Below are positions 44,011 to 59,356 of a stretch of 64,000 nt of DNA, in pieces. Source of the DNA: the human T2T-CHM13v2.0 reference genome, Homo sapiens; the NCBI RefSeq assembly GCF_009914755.1, contig NC_060945.1, one strand, 5' to 3'. A model generated the notes under the pieces. The model was not told where the DNA came from. It saw only the letters and a program-made list of their open reading frames with translations, and searched no databases. Every line of letters starts with the position of its first letter. The first letter of the stretch is position 1. The position numbers and the translations under genes are program-made.

Positions 44011-45327
44011 GATTGTACAAAAGTTTATACTGGAGGCTTTGGAATTCAATAGAAGTAGACCTGGGTTAAAGTCAGGAGGATATTTTGGCTGTCTTTGGTA
44101 TTGTTATTGCCGATAAGGACCCACAAGGCCACCACTAATGGGGCCTCCAGACCAGAGCCGTGCTGGGAGTTTTCCCTTGTCCCTAGAGCCTACGCTTGTG
44201 GCCACATTCCTGATCATGAATGTGACATGATCATGGAGTTCTGTGGGGTTTGCTGATGAGTTGGGCACCGTGGAGGCAGAATCTCGGCTTCTCTGGACCC
44301 CAGCTGTTGTTTATTTGTTTGATGTCCTTTTGTTTTTACTAAACATTAGGATGTCTTCCGGGTCTAAACTTCTCTACTCCCAGCTCAGGGTGGCACGATG
44401 GCCATTAGATGGAGTTGGAATGAGGAGGAAGATATATCCCACTGGAAAACTTTTTCTGACTCTGATAACATGACCTTGTATCATTGGGGTTGTGGGGAGG
44501 ACTTCCACATACATAGAACACTATTTTGATCAGAGAAGTGTTTTATTTTTCTTCCTGTTTTACAAGAATGCACACTCAGTATAACTGGTATTTGTATGAA
44601 CTCAGTCACCCTGAACCCAAATATTGACATTCCAGGTGAATTAGTCCTGCACTCGGGTCTGTTGGCTCACCTCAGGTGCCAGCATGTACTCGGGAAAGAG
44701 TGCCAGGCCCAGGTGAAGAGGGCCTGGGGCTCCTGAGGACGGCTGCCCAAAGCCCATGACCCTGCTCGGCGGGGCCCCAGATAAATTACTGGCGATTCTG
44801 TCCGTGGCCCTCCCTCTGCCAGCACTCAGCCTCAGGCCAGTCCTAGTGCTGCATTCCAGCTGATGGAACAGCAGGACACACGGCCACTGCTCTGCTGGAC
44901 AGCCTTGGCTGCTCTCGTGTTCCTGCTGTGGGGCAGGAGGCAGGGCAGAGAGACTGAGGTTTGCAACTCTAACGACAGAGAACCAGATTGACTGTGTTTC
45001 GCCCCCAGATCTAGCTCAGCCCTGCTGGGTTTTCCACTCCGAGGAGGTCAGCGCCAAAGTGTTAATTTTGTATCTCTGGCTAGAGGCACAGTGCCTGCAT
45101 GCAGTAGGCGCTCAGAGTTTGTTTCATTGAGAATTTTTGTACTATTTGAAATACCGACATACTTTTGTCTTTGAAGAAAAGGGTCCTTTATGTTATTTAA
45201 ATGCAAACAGATACCTGGTGAGGCTAAAATCTTTCAGGCACTTGGTTTAAAACGCTTCAGGCTTTTAAACCATTCACATCACATGGTGTTTGGTGTTCAC
45301 CGTGGGCACATTTTAGGCAGAGTTTGA

Positions 45328-46705
45328 TACACACAACACACACATGCCACACACACCACACACATATACACACACATCACACATATACACACACACCACA
45401 TACCACACACACCACGCATATACACACACACCACACACCACACATATACACACACACCACATACTACACACACCACACATACACACACACCACATACCAC
45501 ACACACCACACATATACACACACACCACATACCACACACATACACACTCCACACACGTATACACAGACCCCACACATGCCACACACATGCCACACACCAC
45601 ACGCACACCCCACACACACACCACATACCACACACACCACACATATACACACACTACATACCACACACATACACCCTCCACACACATATACACACACCCT
45701 ACGCCACACACACCACACATGCCACTCACACCACATAACACACACACACCCCCACACACACACCACATACCACACACACCACACATATACACACACACCA
45801 TATACCACACACATACACCCCCCACACACATATACATACACCCCATGCCACACACACACCACACTTGCCACACACATGCCATACACCACACACACACATA
45901 TCACACACCACACACATATACACACACACCACACATATACACACACACCACATACCACAAACGTACACCCCCACATATACACACACCCCACACTACACAC
46001 ACACCCACACACCACACATACCACACACATGCTGCACACCACACACACGCAGCCCCCCCCACACACCACACAGGCACACACATCCCACACACACACACAC
46101 CACACACTCCAGACACCCCTCACACACATACACACACCGTACACATACCACACACAAACACCCATATCACACACACACACACACACTGCACACAAACCAC
46201 ACACCCTCACCATACACAAACACACATGTGCCACACACACCACACTCACACACAAACACCACACATACAAACCACACACATGCACGCCATACACACAACC
46301 CACAGGCACATACAGACACACCACACATGCACACACCACACAACACACACAAACACCATGTACACTACACGCACATATCCCAGACATACCACATATAAAC
46401 ACAGCACACACACCACACATGCACACCCCACATACACACATACCATACACACACCACATGCACACATGCTCCCCACACAGACACACATACAATACAACTC
46501 ACACACAACATACACAACACAACACACACACACCCTCACATACACCATACACACATACCACACACACCCCGTGCATACACACATTACACTTGTGCACTAC
46601 ACCCACACACATACACATCCATACACACAAACATATGACATGTACACATAACCACACGAACCTTACACCCACATCCCACACACATGCCACACACACCACA
46701 CACAC
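45328..46705. repeat. ~1.4-kb degenerate CA-rich satellite
   Basis: Units such as CACACATATACACACACACCACATAC, with larger internal block duplications. Confidence 0.97.
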
Positions 46706-46815
46706 GCGTGTGAAACAGGCCACGCTTGACCAAGACTAAGACGTCATGCATAGTCAGATGCTCCATGATTTTATGCACCTCTAAGCAAAAATGGCAACTG
46801 CCAGCTAAGCTACTA

Positions 46816-47218
<403 letters not shown>

Positions 47219-47626
47219 TCATTTATGGGGGATGTCATTTTGGAGAGATGAGATTTATACACTGAAATAAATTTTAAAGCCCAGACAATCCATAACGATG
47301 AACTGCATGGTTTGGTGTGGGTGATACATGTCATAGGGATTCTGGAGGGAGAAATGTCAGCTGGTGCTAAGAAGGGTCGGGGAGGTTTTTAAACAAAGGT
47401 GATCTTAGCAGAGTCCTGAAGATGAAGTCCTGGATGAGAGGAAAGCAAGGAAATGGCATCGTGGAAAATATCCTGAAGGATGTTTCGTGGGGGTTGTCCT
47501 GGGCAGCACCATGCTACTGGGAGTGCCACTCACCTGGACAGGTCACCTGGCAGGTGGGCAGCTCTGCACACCACATACCACACACACCACATCCCATCCC
47601 ATCCCATCCCACCCTCATCCCATCCC

Positions 47627-50600
47627 ACCACTTTTGCTGTATCCCAGAGGTTTTGACAGGTTGTGTCACTATTATTGTTCAGTTCAAAAAATGTTTTGAT
47701 TTCTATCTTCATATCATTGTTGACCCAATGTTCATTCAGGAGCAGGTTATTTAATTTGCATGTATTTGCATGGTTTTGAGGGTTCCTTTTGGAGTTGATT
47801 TCCAATTTTATTCCACTGTGGTCTGAGAAATTGCTTGATATAATTTCAATTTTCTTAAATTTACTGAGACTTGTTTTGTGGCCTACCATATGGTTTATCT
47901 GGAGAATGTCCCATATGCTGATGAATAGAATGTATATGCTGCAGTGATAGAATGTTCTCTAAATATCTGATAGATCCATTTGTTGTAGGGTATAGTTTGA
48001 GTCCATTGTTTCTTTGTTGACTTTCTGTCTTGATGACCTGTCTAGTACTGTCAGTGGAGTATTCAAGTTCCCCACTATTACTGTGTTGCTGTCTATCTCA
48101 TTTCTTAGGTCTAGTAGTAATTGTTTTATAAACTTGGAACCTCCAGCTTTAGGTGCCTATATATTTAGAATTGTGATATTTTCCTGTTGGACTAGTTCTT
48201 TTATCATTATGTAATGTCCCTCTTTGTCTTTTTTAACTGCTGTTGCCTTAAAGTGTGTTTTGTCTGATATAAGAATAGCTACTCCTGCTCATTTTGGGTG
48301 TCCATTTGCATGGAATATGTTTTTCCACCCCTTTACCTTAAGTTTATGTGAGTCCTTATGTGTTAGGTGAGTCTCCTGAAGACAGAAGAAACTTGGTTGG
48401 TGAATTCTTATCCATTCTGCCATTCTGTATCTGTTAAGTGGAGCATTTAGACTAGCATTTACATTCAGTGTTAGTTTTGAGATGTGAGGTACTGTTCAAT
48501 TCATCATGCTATTTGTTGCCTGAATGCCTTGGTTTTTTTCCATTGGGTTAGTGTTACATAGGTCCTGTGAGATTTTTTTTAAGGAGGTTCTATTTTGGTG
48601 TATTTTGAGGATTTGTTTCAAGATTTAGAGCCCCTTTTAGCAGTTTTTGTAGTGCTGGCTTAGTGGTGAATTCTCTCAGCATTTGCTGGAGAAGACTGTA
48701 TCTTTCCTTCATTTATGAAGCTTAGTTTTGCTGGATACAAAATTCTTGGCTGATAATTGTTTTGTTTAAGGAGGCTACAGATAGGACCCCAATCCCTTCT
48801 AGCTTGTAGGGTTTCTGCTGAGAAATCTGCTGTTAATCTGATAGGTTTTCCTTTATAAGTTATCTGATGCTTTTGCCTCACAGCTCGTAAGATTCTTCCC
48901 TTCATCTTGACTTTAAATAACCTGATGACTATAGGCCTAGGTGATGAACTTTTTACAATGTATTTTCCAGGTGTTATTTGAGCTTCTTGTATTTGAATGT
49001 CTAAATCCCTAGAAAGGTCAGGGAAGTTTTCCTCTATTATTCCCTCAAATAAGTTTTCCAAACTTTTAGATTTCTCTTCTTCCTTGGGAACATCAATTAT
49101 TCTTAGGGTTGGGCATTTAACATAGTCCCAAACTTCTTGGAGTCTTTGTTCAATTTTTTTATTCTTTTTTATTTGTCTTTGACAAATTGGGTTAATTCAA
49201 AAGCCTTGTCTTCAAGCTCTAAGGTTCTTTCTTCTGCTTGTTCAATTCTATTGCTGAGACTTCCCACTGTATTTTGCATTTCTCTAAGTGTGTCCTTGAT
49301 TTCCAGAAGTTGTGACTGTTTTTTATTTACACTATCTATTTGACTGAAGAATTTTCCTCTCATGTCCTGTATCATGTTTTCAATTTCTTTAAGTTAGACT
49401 TCACTTTTCCTTGGTGCCTCCTTGATTAGCTTATAATCGACCTTCTGAATTCTTTTTCCGGCAATTCAGAGATATCTTCTTGGTTTGAATCCATTGTTGG
49501 TGAGCTGGTATAACCTTCTGGAGGTGTTAAGTAAACTTGTTTTGTCATATTAAGGGAGGAGACCACCCCTCATATTGTCTTATGCCCAATTTCCGCCTCC
49601 AAAGAAAGAAGAAGTAAAAACTAAAAGGCAGAAATGAAATTCACAAGCAGACAGCCCAGCGCCACACCCTGGGCTTGGTAGTTAAAGATCGACCCCTGAC
49701 CTAATGGGTTATGTTTTCTATAGATAACAGATATTGTATAGAAAAGCACTGTGAAAATCCCTGTCCTGTTCTGTTCCATTCTAATTATCGGTGCATGCAG
49801 CCCCCAGTCACGTACCCGCTGCTTGCTCAATTGATCACGGCCCTCTCACGCAGATCCCCTTAGAGTTGTGAGCCCTTAAAAGGGACAGGAATTGCTCACT
49901 CAGGGAGCTCGGTTGTTGGAGACATGAGTCTTGCCGAAGCTCCTGACCAAATAAGGCCCTTCCTTCTTTAGCTTGGTGTCTGAGGAGTTTTGTCTGCGGC
50001 TTGTCCTGCTACAATATTGCTAGAATTGTTTTTCTGGTTCCTTCTCATTTGGGTAGACTACATCAGAGGGAAGATCTGGGATTCAAGGCTGCTGTTCAGA
50101 TTCTTTTGTCCCATGGGGTGCTCCCTTGAGGTGGTGTTCTCCCCCTTCCCCTAGGAATGGGGAGAGTCAAACTATAGTGATTGTTGTTGCTCTTCTAGAT
50201 CTAGCCACACAGCGGAGCTACCAGGCTCCAGGCTGGTACTGGGGAGTGTCTGCAAAGAGCCCTGTGATGTGATCCATCCTCAGGTCTTGCAACTGTAGAT
50301 ACCAACACCTGCCCTGATGGAGTTAGCAGGGGGATGAAGTAGACTCTGTGAGGGTCCTTGGTTGTGTTTTGGTTTAGTGTGCTGGTGTGTTAGTTGCCCT
50401 CCAGCCAGAAGGTGGCACTCTCAAGAGTACGTCAGCTGCAGTCCTGTAGGGAGGAAACAAACTAGCCTGAGGTACACCTGGGTATCCCTAAGTATTCAGG
50501 TTTCTCAGGCAGTGGGCAGGGCCATAGAGTTCCCAAGAGATTATGACCTTTGTCTTCATCTACCAGGGTGGATAGAGAAAGACCACCAGGTAGAGGTAGG

Positions 50601-51120
50601 GATAGGCATGTCTGAGCTCAGCCTCTCCTTGGGCAAGACTTGCTGTGGCTGCTGTGGGGGATGGGGGTGTGGTTCCCAGGCCAATGGAGTTATATTCCCA
50701 GGGGGATTATGGCCTCCTCTGCCGAGTCATATAGGTCGCCAGGGAAGTGGGGGAAAGCCAGCAGTCGCAGGCCTCACCCTGCTCCCATGCAGCCCACAGT
50801 CCTAAAGGCTGGTCTCACTCCCTCCGTGCACTCCCAATAGCAATAAGTCTATTTCCATGCAGCCGGTGACCAGGGCTGAGAACTTGCCCCAGACCATGAG
50901 CCTCCCCGCTGAGAAAGCAAGTGGACTCACAGGTTTTCCATGTCCCATGGAGCTTGCAGCGTTGATCCCGTTCCTTCAAAGGGTCTGTGGATTCTCTCAG
51001 CTTTCCTGGTATGTTCTTGCGGTAGTTCTTAGAGCAAAAGTTTATGATGTGAGTGTCCACACACTGCTCTGTCTGTCCGAGTGAGAGCTGCAAGCTAGTC
51101 CTGCCTCCTATCTGCCATCT
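47627..51120 (-). mobile_element. L1PB-type element: 5'UTR, ORF1 and start of ORF2 (3' part missing)
   Basis: Minus-strand ORFs give L1 ORF1p (ENFPDLSRDLDIQIQEAQ..YKGKPIRLTADFSAETLQARRDW) and ORF2p endonuclease ([30 protein letters not shown]); frames disrupted. Confidence 0.93.
49551..50013 (+). mobile_element. LTR2 (HERV-E/Harlequin) solo LTR with 4-bp TSD
   Basis: TAAGGGAGGAGACCACCCCTCATATTGTCTTATGCCCAATTT..CCTGCTACA; TSD ATAT at 49547-49550 and 50014-50017; host L1 is contiguous across it. Confidence 0.92.
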
Positions 51121-51139
51121 GAATCCCCTCTATTTTGCA

Positions 51140-51544
51140 GAGAGTCCCAAAACCTCAAAAGTAGAGAAGTCAACAGTGCAGCCATCAGTGTGGCTAAAGG
51201 CCCAAGAGCCCCTGGCAAACCACTGGTGTAGGTCCAAGAGTCTAACCAAAAGCTAAAGAACTTGGAGTCTGATGTTCGAGGGCAGGAAGCACCCAGCACG
51301 GGAGAAAGATGGAGGCCAGAAGACTCAGCAAGTCAAGTCCTTCCACATTCCTCTGCCTGTTTTTATCCTAGCTGCACTGGCAGCTGATGAGATAGTGCCC
51401 ACCCAGATTGAGGGTGGGTCTACCTCTCCCATCCCACTGACTCAAATGCTAATCTCCTTTGGCGACACTCTCACAGACACACCCAGAAACAATACTTTGC
51501 ATCCTTCAATCCAATCAAGTTGACACTCAATATTAACCATTACA
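51140..51544 (-). mobile_element. MLT2A (HERV-L) LTR, partial
   Basis: GAACTTGGAGTCTGATGTTCGAGGGCAGGAAGC..CAATCCAATCAAGTTGACACTCAATATTAACCAT(C/T)ACA. Confidence 0.88.
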
Positions 51545-51687
51545 GTAGCAGATATATAATTTTATATGCATGTGTATATAATTGGAAATCTTTAGAGGTT
51601 ACTAGGGCAACAAAAATTTTTCAGAAAATTTATAAAAAGACAGAATAAATCATGTGCTTGGCCTTTTCTATAAAAATACCAATTCAG

Positions 51688-52977
<1,290 letters not shown>

Positions 52978-53405
52978 CCCCTGTCTTATTTTATATAAGC
53001 AAAACGGGTGGAACATAGATTAGGTATTAGAGAACTGCTGTTCACAGTTACCTGCTGTTAGAGTTTCACACGTGTATAAGTCTTGACAGTATGTACATTA
53101 GGTAAGTGTAATAGGTACATGTTTCTCTACACATAGATTTTTATAATGTGCTTATACCTCATCAGTTTGCCCATGTTATAAAATACCTTGCCCTTCTTCT
53201 CACATGCACACACAGTTCTACCTCTTTCTTTTTAATGCTCATGTATTATTTCACTATACAGATATGCCAAAATAATATCATTCCTCTATTAACGATCTTC
53301 ATCTTGTTTCCTTTTGCTGTTGTTCTTGCTATTACAAAGAACATCATCAAAAACACTCTTGTTCATATATTTGTGTGCAAGCATTTCTGTTGGGCTGATT
53401 CCTAG

Positions 53406-53728
<323 letters not shown>

Positions 53729-54377
53729 TGTACATACTTTTCAAAAGAAGAAGAAATAGGGTCTCTGAATGCTGACCTGCCCGAGGTTGCACGATGAGTA
53801 AATAGTATGCAAAGCCAGGCCTATGTGGCACCGAAAGCCGACCATATCTTCCATCTCCCTCATTGCATCCGCACTGGAGACTCTTCCAGACAATGCTATC
53901 CATTGACCTCAAAGGCCTTGGGAGGGGCTGCAGCATCCCACTTCACTGACAGCAAATATCCAAAAACTGCAATCGCTGAATCTGGGGATTATGAGCCTCT
54001 CCTGTGGTTGAGTGATATTTTTTTAAGTTGTCATCCAGTACATTGATGGAGCCCATAAACCCTCACTCAGCATCTGAACCAGGTCCCCGGCAGTCACAAG
54101 GTGGCAGCTGCATGAGAGACAGTGGATGGCAGCAGAATTCCTCTCCAGGGATTGCACTTGGTAACACACACCGGCCACACCCAGGGGCTTCACTGTGGAT
54201 TCCATCGAATCCAGGACTCTGGAGATGAGAGGACAACGATGTCACTTGAGTAGGTGGCCCCCAGAGAGGCTCGCCTGTCCTGTCCACTTCTAAGGGGCAG
54301 TGGGGCTGACCTGAAATAAGAAGCCTTCTTTTTGGTATCTCCCCTGACCTGTTTTGTCTATCTCAGGTGAAGGAGGT

Positions 54378-54390
54378 GTTGCCTAGCAAC
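54378..54390. promoter_or_regulatory. RFX X-box motif
   Basis: GTTGCCTAGCAAC, a near-perfect palindromic RFX consensus in unique DNA. Confidence 0.4.
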
Positions 54391-55460
54391 TGGAGAAGGG
54401 CAATGATGTCCTTGGAATATTCTGTTCCCGTCATTGCGATACTTAACCTGGTTGATCATTAGCACAAAGACTAAGGAGGTGGCAACCTCCTTCCAGAAAA
54501 ACGAGTTCTGTAAAGTCACCATGGGACCGAGAGGGGACTTCTAGTGTGGCTTTGGGAAGGGGTCTAGCTGGCACCAGATTTTTCGGTTCTCAGAAAGAAC
54601 CTTTCCGCTGAAGTCGGTAGCATTCCTTGGTCAAGTGGACAATAGGTGTTAAGAAACTCTTTGAAATATGAGCCATGCCATTTACTTTCTATCTAATCTG
54701 TAAAACTGCAATGCAAATGTGATATTTGTTGGCATGTCTCTCTGGACTTTTATAGCCTTTTTACTTTGTAAGTATATTAAGCAACAGCAAATAATATCTG
54801 TAGGTCCTATGATATAGCATTAATGGGCTTTCTATGTCCTTTTCCATAGAATGTGTTAATCATTTACATTTTAACTAAGGGTTACTGCTGACACCGCGGT
54901 AGAAAGACTTCTCAAAGGGCCATTTCTATTACTGGGTAAATAATCCTAGATAAGCCTTTGCTCACCCTGAGACTCAAGTAGCTTGGAAACTTGAAGGTAT
55001 GCCCTTGGGAAAGTTCGCTTGGCCGCCCTCCTCCCAGAGTAAACCAGCAAAAATAAGAGTGCTTGCTCACACAAAAGAGACTCAGGGTGCTTTCCAAGGG
55101 CTCCAAAGCTCATGGTTCTAGGTTTGAGATAGAGCAAGGGTTGTCTTTGCTCAGTGCTACAGGACAAGCCTCAAGGATTTCATCCACCCTGCAAGTCACA
55201 ATCTCTAAAAAGTGAAGGAAAAGAAGTTACACATATTACTGCTCCCTAGGGAACCACGGTAGAGATGTTGGTGTGATTTCTTTAAATCCTTTTTCTGTAG
55301 TGTGTGTGCTGCTGAGTGCTGGGGTAGGGGAAGGAAACTTCCTTATTCTTTTGATAAATTTGTGGCCGTGTTGTTGGTACAACTTGGCATCCTCCTTTTT
55401 CATATATGAGCCTTGTTTGTGATATAGACATCTTTGCAGAACAAATTGCAAGGGCGGCAA

Positions 55461-55953
55461 TGATAGGGGAGTGAAAGTAATACTATCCTCACCCATTGCC
55501 AAGTTCATGGCTGACACCCCATCACAAAAGACGGATTAACAAGAGAAAAGCATAACAAAGGTATTTAACCGAAGTTTTACATAACACATGAGTCTTCGGA
55601 TATAGAGAGCCCAAAATACAGGGAAAACTGTATTTTTATGCTTAGATTTAATGAAGAAGGGATAGTCATGTAAAAGTGTAATTGGACCAAGAGAAGGTAT
55701 GATTTAATCATAATGAACGACAGGGAACTTAGCAAGGCCTGTTTCTTCAGACTCATCTCCAGGGTCTCTGGGTCTTCATTCCTTTCCTCTGGATGTGGGG
55801 CAGGACACCTGTCACATGAGAGTCTTCAGGAGAGAAGGAAGGGAGGTCACGGACAGAACTTCCTACTTCTGTGGTTTTCCAGCTTCCTCCAGCTTAAAAT
55901 ACTCAGCATCCCAAAGTGCTGTATTTAGGGGTATCCTGCTCCGGGCCCTGACA
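55461..55953 (-). mobile_element. ERV1 solo LTR of the same group as 4838-5681
   Basis: GATTAACAAGAGAAAAGCATAACAAA..CAGCTTAAAATACTCAGCATCCCAAAGTG..GGGGTATC..CCCTGACA, reverse-complementary to motifs of the 4.8-kb LTR. Confidence 0.7.
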
Positions 55954-56021
55954 CAATTGTCCTCCTACTGTGAATCCTGGAGATCATTTGCACAATGCTT
56001 CACTATATATTTGCTATATCG

Positions 56022-56592
<571 letters not shown>

Positions 56593-56738
56593 TTAATAAT
56601 ACTACTAATAATTTGCTGTATCAAAGCAAGGAGGAACTCTAAAAATAATGAAAATAACAAACCGGAATTTAAATTCAGGCAACAGCATGTACTACCTCAC
56701 CAACACTGCAAAGCTCAACTGTTGAAAAAGGTTTTGTC

Positions 56739-57094
56739 ATAAAAAATGATGAGTTCATGTTCCTTTGTAGGGACATGGATGAAATTGGAAATCATCATTC
56801 TCAGTAAACTATCGCAAGAACAAAAAACCAAACACCGCATATTCTCACTCATAGGTGGGAATTGAACAATGAGATCACATGGACACAGGAAGGGGAATAT
56901 CACACTCTGGGGACTGTTGTGGGGTGGGGGGAGGGGGGAGGGATAGCATTGGGAGATATACCTAATGCTAGATGACAAGTTAGTGGGTGCAGCACACCAG
57001 CATGGCACATGTATACATATGTAACTAACCTGCACAATATGCACATGTACCCTAAAACTTATAGTATAATAAAAAAAAGAGAAAAAAAAAAAAA
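56739..57094 (+). mobile_element. Young L1 (L1PA2-like) 5'-truncated insertion with 15-bp TSD
   Basis: GAGATCACATGG, GGAATATCACACTCTGG, GCATTGGGAGATATACC; lacks the Ta ACA triplet (reads AAG, probably CpG-decayed GAG); TSD GAAAAAGGTTTTGTC at 56724-56738 and 57095-57109. Confidence 0.93.
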
Positions 57095-57130
57095 GAAAAA
57101 GGTTTTGTCTCGAGGTTCCCCACGGCTCAC

Positions 57131-57349
57131 GTCTGCTCCCCTGACGTTTCAGGCTGGTGTTTCTGATCCTTTTCCTGATATTCTAAGATGTCTGACAGGT
57201 GTGGACTTTGACTGCTTAGGTCCAATGACCCCAACACTGGGTATAGACGGGATTCCCTGAAGCGGCTTGTCTGTCCTCCTTTTCTCCGGCGGGCTCCAGC
57301 TCCCTTCTGGGTGAAATCCTGGCATCTCCATCGTGCTGTCTCTCTGGAG
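57131..57349 (-). other. Candidate exon (219 nt) of a putative minus-strand transcript
   Basis: Acceptor ctgtttgttgatag|CTC (weak tract) and donor GAC|gtgagc; unique DNA. Confidence 0.25.
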
Positions 57350-57486
57350 CTATCAACAAACAGCTCTTGATTAATAGCTGTGGCCACAATAACCTTATTT
57401 CCACAGAGACAAGGACAGAGCTGCCGGCTCCACACCAACACTGTCAGCCGGGTGTGTGCTTTGGTATCAGGTCTCACCCACCGAGT

Positions 57487-57918
57487 TGCTGGGGTTGAGT
57501 TGTGTCTCCAAAAAGATGTGTTCAAGTTCCAACCCCTGGCGCTGTGCATATGACTTTATTGGAAACAGGATCTTCGCATATATATTCAAGGTAAACTGCA
57601 GTGAGACTGGATTAAGGCAGGCCCTGGTTCAGGATGACTGCCGTCCTTATAGGAAGAAGGAAATCTGGACAGAAACACACAGGGAGAGGCCGTTTGAAGA
57701 TGGAGGCAGAAGCTAGGGTGGTGTGGCCACAAGCCAAGGGGCACCGAGAAGCTGGAAGCAGCAGGAAGGACCCTCCCTCCAGTTTCAGAGCGAGCATGAC
57801 CCTGCGGACACTTACATCTCAAGCTTGTGGCCCCCACACCAGGAATAAATGTCTGTTGTTTTCAGCTGCTCAGTGCATGGTGTTATATTTGTTACAACAG
57901 CCTCGGGAAATTCACACT
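57487..57918 (+). mobile_element. MaLR LTR (MLT1B/C-like)
   Basis: GGGTTGAGTTGTGTCTCCAAAAAGATGTGTTCAAGT..GAAGATGGAGGCAGA..AATAAATGTCTGTTGTTTT. Confidence 0.8.
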
Positions 57919-57997
57919 GGGGTGCTAAAGAGGGAATCTGGGAGCAGCCACTCTGTGACTGCATGCCCTTAACCTAGGCAGTGGGAACCTGACTCCT

Positions 57998-58322
57998 ATT
58001 CTCACACTTCTAATAAAGACATACCCAAGGCTGGGTAATTGATAAAGAAAAGAAGTTTAATGGACTCACAGTTCAACATGGCTGGTGAGGCCTCATAATC
58101 ATGGTAGAAGGTAAAGGAGGAGCAAAAAGGCACGTCTTACATGGTGGCAGGCAAGAGTGCGTGTTCAGGGGAACTGCCCTTTATAAAACCATCAGATCTC
58201 ATGAGACTTATTCACCATCACAAGAACAGCACGGGAAAAACCCACCTCCATGAGTCAATGACCTCCCATCAGGTCCCTCCTACAACACATGGGGATTACT
58301 ACAATTAGAGGTGAGATTTGGG
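57998..58322 (-). mobile_element. THE1C/D-like MaLR LTR
   Basis: AATAAAGACATACCCAAGGCTGGGTAA..AAACCATCAGATCTCATGAGACTTATTCAC..GAGATTTGGG. Confidence 0.88.
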
Positions 58323-58512
58323 ATTTGGGTTGGAACCCAGACCCCTGCCTTTTGGGTCTCCTGGCTCTTGGAGGGACAGAGGAGAGTGAAATTCATTGGT
58401 CAAGAGTGAACTCCTCAGGGTGCTCCTTCTGGGAACTCCAGCAGGGTGGGCCTGGGAGGGGTCTCCCATCTTCCTTCCTCCCAACTCGGTCAACAGCAGT
58501 GCAGTTACTCAC

Positions 58513-58554
58513 CCTCCTACCTTCAACAACTTCTCTCCACTCATCAGAGCAAGC
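58513..58554 (-). other. Candidate exon (42 nt)
   Basis: Acceptor ccctgcttgctccacag|GCT and donor AGG|gtgagt. Confidence 0.3.
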
Positions 58555-58669
58555 CTGTGGAGCAAGCAGGGACTAGGGTCCCTGCATCTCTGGGCACTGA
58601 CCCCTGCAGACCCCAGACAAAGTCTCCATGGCTCAACACCAGCAGAACAAGTCCAAGAAAGAGCAGCTT

Positions 58670-58820
58670 CATCAGGGAGTGGGAACAGCCTGGGCAACTG
58701 GCCTGGGAGTGGGCAACATCAGGGAGTGGGCAACTAGCCTGGGAGTGGCTACTCCCCAATTAACCTGGGAGTGGGCAACATCAGGGAGTGGGAACAACAG
58801 GGAGTGGGCAACTGGCCTAG
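58670..58820. repeat. G-rich short tandem repeat (GGGAGTGGGCAAC core)
   Basis: Seven GGGAGTGG cores at irregular 17-27 bp spacing. Confidence 0.85.
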
Positions 58821-59356
58821 CCTGCAGGACACCCTGTGGATGTGCGTGTGTGTGGACACATGTGTGTGCCTGTGTACGTGTGTGTTAGCCTGGCCTGCTG
58901 GGTAACATGCGCGTGTGTGTGGACATTTGTGTGTGTGCATGTGTCTTAGCTTGGCCTGCTGGGCCAAGTCCTGTGTACTAAGGCACCTCCTTCCCAGGCC
59001 CCAGCTGCCCCGCCTTCATGTCCCACTAGGAACCCACAAGGACAGGATCCTAGACCGTGATGCACTCTGGGATAGGATTCAAACTCACACCTCGACTCAG
59101 GGTCAGGGTGGAGACCCACTGTTGCCATGCCTAGGCCGCAGGAACATGACACACAATGCTGGTTCTGCCCCAGGATGACAGCCTGGGACGTTCCTGGAGT
59201 TTGTGCTTTCTGGGTTGGAGGTGGGCGTGGTCGTTGTCTTGGTGTCCCATGCAGCCCTGGGGTATGACAGGAGGAAGGAGAAGATGAAGAGATGACCCTC
59301 ACCAGGGGTGCCCTCTGGGTACCAAGGTCATCTCCAACCCCAACATGTTTTCTTAC

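Noticed and set aside
47530-49375. ORFs with real protein similarity (L1 ORF1p and ORF2p)
   Set aside because: Fragmented L1 remnants interrupted by stops, frameshifts and an LTR; not a functional gene
54438-54452. ATACTTAACCTGG resembling the U1 snRNA 5' end
   Set aside because: Imperfect, and similarity does not continue
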